A stretch of 64,000 bases of DNA, from the NCBI GenBank assembly GCA_051362555.1, contig CM120644.1:5526954-5590953 (forward strand). The letters are read 5' to 3'. The position numbers and the translations under genes are program-made. This document shows positions 1-13,100 of the stretch, piece after piece (position 1 is the stretch's first letter; each line of letters begins with the position of its first letter). The notes beneath the pieces were generated by a model that was not told the DNA's origin, made no database searches, and was given only the letters and a program-made list of their open reading frames with translations. Source of the stretch: Lingula anatina. Lineage: Eukaryota; Animalia; Brachiopoda.

Positions 1-3000
1 AAACCGTAGTTATGATAGCGAAGAGCGTGAAGCCAGCTACGACCCCAAAGTTGACACTGGGCTCTTCTTGTACGAGGACACCTACTGGAACTCCGACAAC
101 AGTCGCCAAGGCAATGATAACCATAGCAAAACCAACCAGACTGCTGTCACCAGTATCTCTCTTCACCGACATCACCCTAGAAAAATAAGAAACTAATGCA
201 AATATTACGTTATATCAAATAGCAGTATAATAATATAAGTAGAACCGAAAGTTGTATCCATGACGTAGGTAGAAACTACAGACCCTATATATACAGGGAA
301 TACAGTAAAAATGTCTGAAAGTAAACTTCAAGCATTATGTCAATAATGTGTTTCCATGTTGTGTCTGACGTGATTCGAAGATTTGAAAGTGTTCTGGATG
401 CGACAGATAGTGTGTTGGATGTTACGGTGTACATATTGGTTCACGTACCAGGTAGGCCAGGCCAAGCAAACAGAGACCAGCAACAGCAGACCTTTGTACA
501 CGATAAACGCAATGGTCCAGCCCATAGCGCTCCCGCTGTGACATTGGCGATAGAAGGTCTGATACCGCACCATCTTGGCACCATCTCTCTAATTTAAAGA
601 AGGAACAGGGGTAATATTATATTCAAGACAAACTGTGAGGCAGCAGCTGAGCTAATGTACTGGTCGCACATGTGCCACCTTTGGTACAATATGAAAAAAA
701 GTACTAAAGCAATGTGACTTTGAAAAAAAGACCAATTACCAACTTGATAAGTAGTTGAGTCTAAAAGCAATATATTCTCTTTCACAAGGTACATATACAT
801 GGTGGAGACCACCAGTATAGGTCAACTTACAATTTCGGGTAAAAGCTTATCTTCCACCACGAGTGGGTCAGTCAACTGCCAGATAAGCAGCATCAAAATA
901 TCAATAACCAACAGTATGGCAACTCCAGACAGCATGCGCAGTTCTACTTGCAGACCCTGGCAGATATATATTGTACATAAAGATCCGAAACTGAAGTCGT
1001 AACATTTTGGTTTGCCACATTAAAGATGAACAACATTCAATGTACGTGGATATATGTGTGGTATACGTATATCTGTGAATATCCGTAAAAATCCATCAGT
1101 CGCCCTGGTAGAGGGTAGGTACAGGTATATGTGAGTGGTTTATGTGTGAAATAGCACGGGCACTGCAGCTGTAATAAAAGCATTTAATGTAGCTTGCTTC
1201 GTTGATAGTTGATGTGTCTGCTTGGGTAATCATTGTATTTGCCTGCAATCCTTTCTATGAGAATGTTTTGGATTTCACGATATGTGACAGTCTGTTGTAC
1301 GTGAGATTTAAGTGGATGCACACAGTACAGCTCATGTGAGACAGAATCAAGAGCTGACCACTACAAGTTTAAGTTAATTTCTTAGTTAGCTAATAACTAT
1401 CGAATTGTGTCCCACATGCAGTGTGCTGAATACGACAATATCATGTATGCGACAATTTAACAGATGTGGCAGTATGCAATATGTTAATAAAACGCTGCGT
1501 TTTACTCAAAGCCAATATTACATTAATAAAAACTCACCCAATCCTGCTGATAACGAAAGAGGCGATACACTCCCCACATCTTTAGAGGCATGGTACCAAA
1601 CGACAGTGTAAACCCAGTCACAAACAGCCAGACAAAGGCATTACATGGTACATTACTGGTCGACGGCAACTCTGTCGCACTGCCTAGAACAAATGATCTG
1701 GTTTTAGAATATAGACCTGTATAGTACGTATAATGCAACTAAAGCCCCTTTCAGAATAGGGGAGTACTTAGTCCGAGGGTCAAATTTGGCCGACCTATTT
1801 CAAAACTTCCCCACGGGATATATATTCAGTGCCTGCTAGCGGATTAGATGACAAGCTTTGTAGTGGGTCACCATCGGACTATGAAAAGGGCCTAAAACAA
1901 ATGTGTTATTTTTTCTTAAATGCAACACGGTAGAAGTCACCAGCAAAGATTAAAAAACGGGTTACTAAAATACACAGAAAGTTAATTAGGTAAGTGGCTT
2001 AATAGCTCTGAATTTAGCCAGTGATTACCCAAGTGAAAATCACACACTGAACACTATCCATATAGCATCATATAGCACTCTCTGAAAATGAACATTTCAT
2101 ACAGAACAGCACTGCTTCCAAAACAGAAAGCAATCACACTGATTTTTCCAACAAAATCTGCACTTCAGTCCTATAAACCTTTGAGAATCAAGTTTGATAA
2201 TCATAAGTAAAATTCATGGCAAATGTGTCCAAGATAAAGTTTTCTTCAATTTTGATTCAACATTACATTATGCTGTTAATTTTTAATAACGAAATAAAAG
2301 CATCATGGATATTCTGAAAATGTGACTTCTTCAAGCCTATGGAAGTTCAAAGTCACACTTTGAAAATGGCGATATGTGGAAATTTTAATTCTTAAAAAAT
2401 AAATAAATAAATAAAAAAATCCAGATAAGTTAACCATTAAGATAAGTCTACCATATAAAGCTGTATTTTAGTCATATGTTACTTTTCTGTAAGTTTAAGA
2501 AGAGCAAGTGACATGGTTTTCCTTTAACGGCGACGACGGCGACGACAGACGCAGGTGATGGCTATATGTTTGGTGACGGCTAGATGTGTCTGTACATAAA
2601 AAGATACACTGAAATCGACTTGCAAGGCTGCTCACCTTGAAGAATGACACTGACAGCCAGGAAGATGCATCCCAGTGCAATGGTGCTGTTCATCAGTGGC
2701 CATGAGTTTTGAATTAACCTTAATATTAAATTATATTGTGTTAGTTGTGATCGTGTATGTCGTTGTGACAGGAATGGTAGTCCTAGGAATGGAAGTCCAG
2801 GCTATAGGGTCCCATATGGTTAGTATATGTTAGGGTGAGTCGTAGTATTGGAGCTAGCATATGGGACGAATGTCATCTGTACAAAGTAATGGGAAATTTA
2901 CTGTCATTCCTGTCACACCGGTGCTTTTGCAGTCAGAAAACATATGAATGACAATTAGTGCAATAAAACTTAAAATATCCTTCCCATGTGAACAAAAATT

Positions 3001-4110
3001 CTTGAAATGGGTTGCTTATTCGCACCTGTCAGATATTGATCTATGATTGATTAAATTTACACACTTTATGACAGTTATATGAACGCATTCCTGCCAGAGC
3101 TGGTTCCAATACGTACTGCGTCTTCCATTTAACAATCGTTATTAAAAGGAACGCAACAGTGATAAGAATTGATATCACAGCGATCACAGTAAAGGCTATT
3201 TTTAGTTCGTCTGCGACAACCAGTACTTTTCGGACCGTCCTGTACCCAGACTGAGGTATGGAGCCACCTATGGAGAGAAAAAAAATATGTCTTACACAGC
3301 TGCTCAGAAGGCATCGGGTGATTACACACTTAGAACTATTTACAAGACAGCTAGTCCACTTGGACGACCCGCCACCCTCCAAATAAATAAATAAATAAAT
3401 ACATAAATAAAGCCCATGCGGAAGCTGCATGGACATCAAAGCCAAACCCAACATGGATTCAACAGATGGTTTCCACTGTGCATCAGCAGGGAAGTTAACA
3501 TTTTAGCTGAAAAAAAAGCACTGTTTCTGTAACTTTCCTTGCCGAAACTGAATGTTTTCCCTATTCTATTTATTTATGACAGGCGTATATAAATAAACGA
3601 AGGCGAAAATATGAGGAGATAGATCTATGAAGTCGACATACTGCTTGGGTTCAGACAATAAAATATTGTTGAATGAATTTTAGTGTTTGGTGATCAGTGC
3701 ACTGAATATTTAGAACACCCGCAGAACGCACCATGAGAATACCACAGGTCATTAATCTTCTCCGACAACGTGATGTTCCGGGATTTCTGGTCATAAATAC
3801 CAAACAATATAGCTGTACCGTCTGAAATCAGAAATAGGATACCAATTTATCATTGATTTCAGGATATAAATTACTTTATACGTAGAGGGCATAGATAAAG
3901 AACTGGATGCATGCATACACCTCTTCTTCTCTATCACACTCACACACTCGAGCAAACGCACACACACGGAAACACAGACGCACACTAAAGCAACTGAATT
4001 GCAATTTATATTTGAAACAATTTTTCCACGGTTGTTGAATGTGTCGGCATGGGCTCACTGGTGTACATATAATGTTTGGTATTGTGTAACTCGTCTGCTT
4101 AATTAAAAAC

Positions 4111-4166
<56 letters not shown>

Positions 4167-7100
4167 TTAACTAGAGAATCAGAGAGGCGATACCTCCTCC
4201 GGGTATTGTACCACCAGCTGTAGCAAGCGCATTCGTATGGATGCACCGCTTACGATGCTGTGCTTGACAAGCTGTACAATGCAGTAAACAAAAGTTCTCA
4301 ATATTTTTGTTGAAGAATACCATTTAAAACAAAATCATGGGTAAAAATAGGTTAATTCCAAATTTGTGAAGTGCGGCTCATGTCGAAAAGTAGGTCAAAG
4401 GTAAATTTAAAGATCACAGTAAGGGTGCCCATTCAAATTCAATAGTAACTATAGGCATAATTCTGCTAGTTTGGGAGACATAACGGATAGAAAAGTTGCA
4501 AAGTCCAGTTCACGGTGAATTAGAGGCCAAAGGTCAATTTCAAGGTCACATTTGGATTGCCAGTATATGACTTCCTATTCAAGTTCAAAGTTATATTTGA
4601 CCTAAATCCAAGAGATGGGTACGTAGGCCCTTATAGTCTAGGAGGAGAAGCGGTAACGGTGACTTGGCGGCTGAGCCGGCGGAACGGCGGGTCGGGACTT
4701 AAACCATGTGTACCGCCAGCGCCTGGTGGTACAATAATATGAGTGTTTGCTTGACTAGTGGCTGTCGGAGAGGAGGTGGTTGTGTGTGGCTTTATTACAT
4801 TACATCTGGATGAATGCTTAAAACCTACTTCTTATTTGCTCCATAGACAGCCAGCTCATTCGACTTCCATGCAGTGAGAAAGACACTGGACCCTTGAAAG
4901 AGAACAAAATGTCATAATGTTACATAAGCAATGACGGGTTTGTGTTTTATTTTTTTATTTATTTATTTTTATTTATTTATTTATTTTTTTTTTTGGGGGG
5001 TGGGGAGGTTAAGCACGTGTTCCTCCCTTACAGTGTAGCTTACAAGTTACTTCTATATATCTCCCATGAAAGTATAACTTTAGATCCGAGTCAAAGTCAG
5101 GCAATGTCCCCTCTCTGTACCCTACAAGTGAAAACCATAGAAAAACATTTTGTCTCTGACCCCACCAAAACTTACGGAATAGTTAATAGAAGAAAACAAT
5201 GAATTCACTTCAAATATGTCTCTCTGGAAATGTGAAAATACATTAAGAGCTATGACTTGCCTACTAGTTTTTAAGACAATAATAGTGAAAACACAAAAAA
5301 AGCCCCATTTCAGAGAATCTTGTCGATTAACTCTTCCCCTGCATTATAAGACATCTGAAAAACCTTGAAATACTTACCGACGCCCCGAAGAAGTTGGTGC
5401 AATTCATTTCTGGCATCAGAGCGTCCGTCACCGTGCTCAGATCGGTGTACCTGAAGTTGGTGATCGCTCTTGGCGGAAGACGAGGCAGACTCTTGTTTAA
5501 GGCCAATGCAGCCGCCCATATGGCGTCATAATTCACTTGATATAGTATTATTCTGGTGTCATCATTGTACCAAGGTTGTTCTTTCATTTCCCTCAAAATT
5601 TCTGCATGATCCTAAAACAATGCGCCCGCGTATATACAGATATCAACAACGTCGCTCATCGACAGAGTTTACTACTCTTTAAGTTCACAAGATTTCCGTA
5701 TTAAAGAGACTATGTATTGTTGATATTACAGCTTGAAATGCCTGCACGATATGTTTGTGTGTGTGTGTGTGTGTGTGTGTGCATGCATGGCCGCTGTGTG
5801 TGTGTCCACATGCGTAAGCGTATAGGTATACAGGTACCTTTACTGTAAATGCCCGTAATGATTCATATCCAACTTCGCTAGCATGTTTAGCGTCAGCACG
5901 GAATATAATGAACTGCCCTTCTGCCGCTTGGACCACCTGCTCTGCGTTACAAGAGAGTTGTCCTTTTTGATTCATGTTGGATGCTAAGTTGCGGTAATCT
6001 TTGACATGTTGCATCAATGTCAGCCAAACATATTTCTTTCCAATCAAGCCATATTTGTATGCCTGTTTGAATAATAATAAAAAAAAAGATAAGCAAACCA
6101 CATCCTATGTCAAATATATGTTCTATGTCATTTTTAAAAAGTGTGGAATATTGTGTTGGATACAGAGCTGCCTTACGCAGATACTGTCATACGGTACATG
6201 TACATGTAACACTCTATCTCCCCTTTGAAAAAGTAAAACTTAATCAAGCACTTTCATCTTTCCAAGGGTTAAACACGACACCTTTTCAGAACCACAGAAC
6301 CAATCTATTAGGGAGAGAAACAAGAGGGTCAATTTGTGTTTGATACAGTCAGTCTCCGCCATTGTCTTGTTTAAGATATATGTTAGCAAATAAAAGCTGA
6401 TAGCAAATAAAAGCAAAGAATGTAAGTACGACTGGAAAATGCCAAAAACTAAATACATAATGGTACTTTTATTGCATTTTCAGTCCCAAGAAGTGTAGCG
6501 TGTAAGCGTAGCCAGTTACACTTCGGATTGGATTGTCGTTGTCTAGCTACCGAAGTGACGGGAAGGCCGCTAGGAACTGTAGGTCGTTTCCAACTACTAA
6601 ATGTACAAGTGACATTCGTCCCATAAACATGTACTAATCCCAAGACTCCGACCAACCAAACCTGTAGTACTCATATGGAAACCCGGACTTCCATTCCTAG
6701 GACTACTAGATTTAGAGGTAAATTAAAGGTTTGCTTTATTTCATTTTATTTTAATATATTACGGTGTTTTTATGTCCCGATAAGCAGTTTATATACATAT
6801 TAATGAAGTAACAAAAACAACACGGTTCCCATAGCTTTTCTTCATTAATTTCATTTTGTGTATTTTTCTTGTAGTAAACGCATATTTTTGCATGTGTTAT
6901 AGATCTACTTAGCCTTCAAATGAGGGGAATATCGCTTTACACAAAACACGGGATCTCCGTTCTTAGATTAATTTTTCGGTTTACACTGAAAGAAATTGAA
7001 AATTGAAAAATAAACCCAAACTCAATGGAAATTTGCTCTTGGATTTAAGGCAAATCAAGACAGTTTAGAATTTGAAATTATATATAATGTCCTGTTATAT

Positions 7101-10100
7101 CCCTTTGGTATTTTGGCGCTTTGGGGCTTAAAAAAAAAACTAGTTGTACATGTAAGTGTAATAATCAAATAATTTAGAATAGTATACATTAAAAACATCA
7201 GTGGGGGTTGGGGGAGGGGAAGGTGATGTCAAAGGTAGGTCTCGAACCCAAGGACGTAACATGGCGATTCAAGAACATTTACCCTGTGGTCTTGCACGTT
7301 AACCACTACACAGACGAGCCGAAGTTGCATATTCATATACATTTATAATTGCATCATTTAACCGTATTGTTGGATAGGGACTTCCATTACTGTCAAAGGT
7401 GTAACAGGAATAAAAGTCCGCCAGTCCTACCTACTATAATTATGAGCCAGGAACCTTAGTCCCAGTAGGACTAGCATTCCCAAGTAATCATTACCAGGAA
7501 CCGAGGTCCTATCCTGGGGAACCTGGATTACTATTACACCGGCAGATAGTGTTTATAAAACTACCGGATTAGCTGTACTTTGGCGGCTCGTTGGTTCAGC
7601 CCATAACAGACAAGTTGTGCGCTATCATTTTAACCTTACCTGACAAAACACATGACAAAGCGATGAGCCGTGTCCGTGAGTGTGATGCATAATTACCCTT
7701 GCGTCCAGTTCCTAGAATGACAGAAAAAACTAGCTAATTTTATATGAAGGATATTGAATGTGTATCAAGTAGGGCAAATATAGGAGAAAGACACCATTGA
7801 ACACAAGGAATGATGCATCTCTCCCATTATATCTTGGATAGCTTAATTCGGCTTCGTTTTAAACCAAGAAATTTGTATTGCAGTTTAAATCCATTCACTT
7901 ATGATTAAAGTCTCGCCTTCAGTTCTTCCATCACTTGGCCCAGCTGCTCTACTCTATAGAATACAGAAGTGACAATTTCTATGCCCGACTGTCTTAGGAG
8001 AATTTCCACTTCTTTCGACATCTACTCGGAAAGAAAAAGCAAACACAGTTGTTCTTTAAAAGAACCCAATATTTCTTCAAACAAATGTATAGGTTTTGCA
8101 TGCAGACATGCAGCAATTTTAATTGCCGCCAAAAGCCGCTAAAATGAAAAAATTCGTTTTACTTATTAATCAAATTCGTTACATGAGCCTAATTTTACAT
8201 TTCATGCGTGATATACAGGCAAATAATAATACTAGATTTCCTTCAGAGGCAAAGAAATATTATGCTGTCAGTCCACTGGAAATGTCAGTATCCACTTTAC
8301 CTCTGTAACCAGCTCCTTGTCCTCCGCAAGCAACGCCACGCGGGTCCAACCGAAGCGCTTGACAAAATCCACTTCTATGGTGATAACGTCTAGCAATGAG
8401 CCGATTGTCCGGTACAAGTATGGGAAGACGAGTCTTTGGGATAGTGTGGAAGACGGGCTACCGGTCGAAATCTGCAATATACACGTATCTATATAAGGAT
8501 CGGTTGGTCCTCCACGTGAAATTTGTGGTGGTGAGCATGCCCCACTTCCACAAAAAAAGAAAAAAAAAAAAAAAAAAAATTCACTACGGATTTGTAAAGT
8601 CTGGCTCAAATCGTTGTGAATGGCCACATTCGCATATCTCACCCTCTCATGTACAGTATAGTGTTACATCACTCTCATGGAAACAGTAGTCAACTTAATA
8701 TTTCTCAGGTAGCTTCCACATGGCGAACGGAGCGGAGATTTAATTACTGTACCCCGCAGGGACGACGTGTGGGGAGGCGTGTGAGAGGCGGAGAGACTAT
8801 TAAAAGATTAGGCGGCATTTCCTTTCATGTACGTCCGCCATATTTAGACCCAGAATGGTAAAGCCTGGCTAAAATCGTTGTGAATGCGGTCTATGACGGA
8901 AGCATTGAGTATCATTCATTTAGCCTACCCCTGACCACAGTGTGCGCTCTAGAAGTCTGCTACAGAATCATTGTACCGCTGATCCTTTAATTTTGTACTA
9001 TTATACCTGTTATCAGAGGGTAAACCTAACTCGAGTTCCACATCCAAATCAATATGAAAGATTAAATACTTTTAAAATTGACCGCACAAATTGGGACACT
9101 GATTTGAATCTTTTATTTAAAGTATGTTTACATTTTGTTTAAGTGAATCATACCTGTATCATTTTCAGTTTCCCCGTGATCTCTCCTATCACATCCGTCT
9201 CAGTGATGCTGCCGTAATGGAGCAGTGCCATGACAGGTGGGTCTGTTTTTGACGTCATCAGATCTTGGAGCTTGGCCACGGCGTTTCCAACATGATATAC
9301 AGATTCGTTTGCAGGCACCTTCAGATAGAAGAAAACAATGGCTTAATTATCAGTGGATTGATTTCTTTTAAAGGGAACTACTAAGTAGCTACTGCAATAA
9401 TGTCACCTGTAAAGAAGCCTATTAGTCCATGAGCCAAAGGCCAAAAAATCCAATTTGGCTGCACCCCCCGTCAGGCAAAGGTTTTAAGATTGATTCCTGT
9501 AGTTTAGAACCTGAATTTTTCATTTCTGCTTGTTTCCGGCTTGAAAAAGTGTCCGTTTGTACCGGAAACAGGCCAAATCCAAGATGGCCGCCAGTAAATT
9601 CATGTGTCAACTGTAAATACAAAAATTGATTTAAAAGTTACTTAACAACTTAATATTATCAAAATTTGCACTGATCACAAGTACTTTGGACTTCTTTGAT
9701 TTTTCAGGCACTTTACATTTTTCAAGATGGCGACTGAATCCAAGATGGCGGCCATTTTCCTTACTTTTCGTGAAAAAATACAAATACCTAAATTTGAATT
9801 TTTTTTTTTTATTAACCAAAAATTAGGAATATTTTACATGTTTTGATGTATTTGAATAAGTTGAAGTCTATATTTTTAATTTTTACCAGTTAATTTATCA
9901 CAAAATTGTACATTTGAACACAGATGGCTCTAATCCAAGATGGCCACCACATAAAATGGGCTTTTTGATTTGATATGTCAACAAGAGTTTCTCAGTATAA
10001 AACATCTCAGACTACTTAATGGAGGATTTATTGTACAGGTCATGGTATGAAATGTATGACTGAATAATTTAAATTGTTTTGATATTTTGTTAAGGGTATA

Positions 10101-13100
10101 AAAATCCAAAATGGCCGCCAATTTCTGGATTCAAAACGTACATTATTTTGATTTGCATGTTAAAAAACATTAAACTGAATAATTAGCAAATTAAAAATAT
10201 TTATTTTTTGATAAATTTATCTATATTGCAATCTCATTTTGCTTCTTGGACACTTTATTCTGTCAAAAAGAGGTTAATTTTTCTTCATTTGTCATGATTC
10301 TAAGTTTGCCATTGATAAAAATGAACTGCACGCTACCCGTATGGACAATACCACATGTTATGAGCCTTACGTAAAAGGCTATTTCTGAGCTTAATTGTTC
10401 AAGTAATGGAATGGAATATATAACTGAATGATTCAAAATGCTTTTAGGCTTGTAGTTTAGGGTTGAAAAGTCCAAAATGGCCGTCAATTTCTGGATTCAA
10501 AACAAACGACATTTTGATTTGCATGTTGAAAAGCATCAAATTGAATGATAGGCAAATGATTAAAGCTATATTTGGATAAACTGCAGTGTCCTTTTACTGT
10601 TTAGAATCTAATTTTTCCAAAAAGTAATTATCTAAGCTCCAATCATCAAAAATATCCAAGATGGCCACCAACAAAAATGAATTTTAGGTAAACATGGATG
10701 AAAACACACTGTTGAGTCGTAATTTTATACATGGATTTATATATATATGCCTGTGCTTAATAAGGTTAAGTGAATGTCAAATGCTTTGCCATTTTCTTGA
10801 ACAGAAATTGATGCATAACACACAAAGGACAGCAATTTTTTTCAGCAGCAACTATATAGGTTAGTAAAATGACAATTTTCAATATTGCAGACAAAATGCA
10901 TGCCCAAAATGCCCTAACAAGAGTGACGTACATCATTTACAACTTAAGGATCAATAGTTTGTTATATGGGGGGTGGGCTGTAAAATTTAATTTTCATATG
11001 ATAGCACTTCTATTGTTACATTTCAAATGGACTTGGGTTGGTAAAATCTTTAATTTATCTGAAAAAAGGGATGGATAACATGCAGCTGTAGCATTATTCT
11101 ACATGTATAAATCCGGGAAGCAATCACTATCATAAACTAAGGGTGCTCTCCCAGAGATTTAGATCGATCTAGAGATTAAGATTTAGATCGACCTAACTCC
11201 CTGGGGGTTCACGCTAAATTGCAGTCAGCCAAGTGGGCACCATAGTTAATTACCCCCTTACAGCTTTTAGTAGGCGGGACAGATGCTTAAGCCAGCCAAG
11301 CTGACAGTAATCTAGTGAGACTCCCCACAGGGATAGATCGATCTAAAAATCTATGGAAATGGGGTGTATGACCAGCAAAGAAGTTGCAAGAAAATGTCTG
11401 GATCTCCAAGAACATCTTTTGTCTCTTTAGAGAACAGTGCTGGATAATAATACATTCAGGGAACTCATGAAGTGATGCTGCAAAGTGAAGTACATTGATG
11501 GTGAATGATGTATGGCACATGTAAGTGACGATGAAGGAGTTCAAGCACAACATGACAAATTATGTTTATGATACAATGTATATATAGGTGCAGGTAATTC
11601 TTGCACTTCACGGATAGGTACTGCTCAATATGTTCCATGAATTCTTTTAAAATCCAACATTATTCTGTTGAGAGGAAAAATATTTGGAGATCCAAACATT
11701 GGAGAAACACAGACTAAAACAAACTTTCTTAATAAACTAATTAACAAATAGATCACCACCAAAATCTACTTACTTTTAGCCTAAAAAATGACCTATCCTG
11801 AACACTTCATTTAAGTCTATCCTGAAATTTTTGAGTTAGGCTGATAACAATCTGAGAAACCATAACAAATGGACAAGCGAAGGTGAAAATGTGACCTTCT
11901 CGGAAGAGGTAATAAAGCATGCATACTAAGCTCCCGCATACATGTGTGTATATGGATCAGAGACCTGAACACAGGGCAAGAGGCTCACTCTCTTAAAACA
12001 AAGGTGTTTGCACACAACCTTTGGCATCATCAGGCAAGCCAGAGTAACTATTACAGAAGTTTTAAAGAGGCATTTCTGTGCTAAAGAAGACTAAGTTGAC
12101 TTGGACATGTGAACTAGATGAATGTTGCATAGCAAAATCCCAAAACAGCTGTCACCTGTACTATTTGACCAATTGGTTTTGGGTAGCAACCTCAGAGGAA
12201 GACCATGGTTGAGACTTAAGGACTGAAACTTGCAAAAGCAGCCTGTTTAATTCCACACAGTGACACACTGGCAAAGGAATAAACATTATCTAGAGCAAAG
12301 TAGAATAAATCTAATTGTCTCTCAAAGAAAGACTAAAAGAAGTCAACAACTCACTACAGCAAAATGAACAGACTTTGAAGCAAAATCACCATGAAATACT
12401 GACATAAACCCTGTAACACCTCCCTTGCTTGTAGATTCTAAAACAGAACTTGCTTATAAAACGTGGAAAAGATGAGCCATGAGAGAATCCGACGTTAGAA
12501 GACTATGGATACCAAATTGAGACATTCATTGCTACATAAGACTCTTAACTTGAGTGGTGACCATATTGAATATTGTAGACATGAAACTGGTTTAAAATAT
12601 AAAAAAATTAAACTTCTTAATAAAGTCTTAACTTTTTAAAATGATGTATTCAAGAAATATTTGATGTAATGATTGTCCCAGCCCCATTATTTGAAAATCA
12701 TTTGCAGTGGCAGCCCATCTTGACTTTATTGATGTTTTTGGCCATTACTTACTAGCAAAAGGAGACTGGAATTCAATCAAATTAATTAAATGTATAACTT
12801 TTTAGAATTAACATTTGATTTCGATTATTTTTACTTTTTTATTTACATGAATGGCTTATGGTAAGAATTCACAGTTAATAGTAGTATTGTTGCCATCTTG
12901 GATATCCTGTCATATTTGAAACATTTGAAATATTTTAAATAGAGAAAGCTTCGAAATCATACCAAAATAGGAAAAAGGAGTCTGCAATATATACAGTTTT
13001 ATCAAAAACATGTACATTACGCATTCTGTATTCATTTTCAATGCAGTTTGATTTTTTCTCATAACGTACAGAGAATTTATGGGCAAAAAATCAGAAGGGA

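Noticed and set aside
11930-12300. Transposase gene inside the foldback element
   Set aside because: No long ORF or DDE motifs. Only a faint RTE-like 3' relic (RGRPWLRLKD at ~12195-12225).
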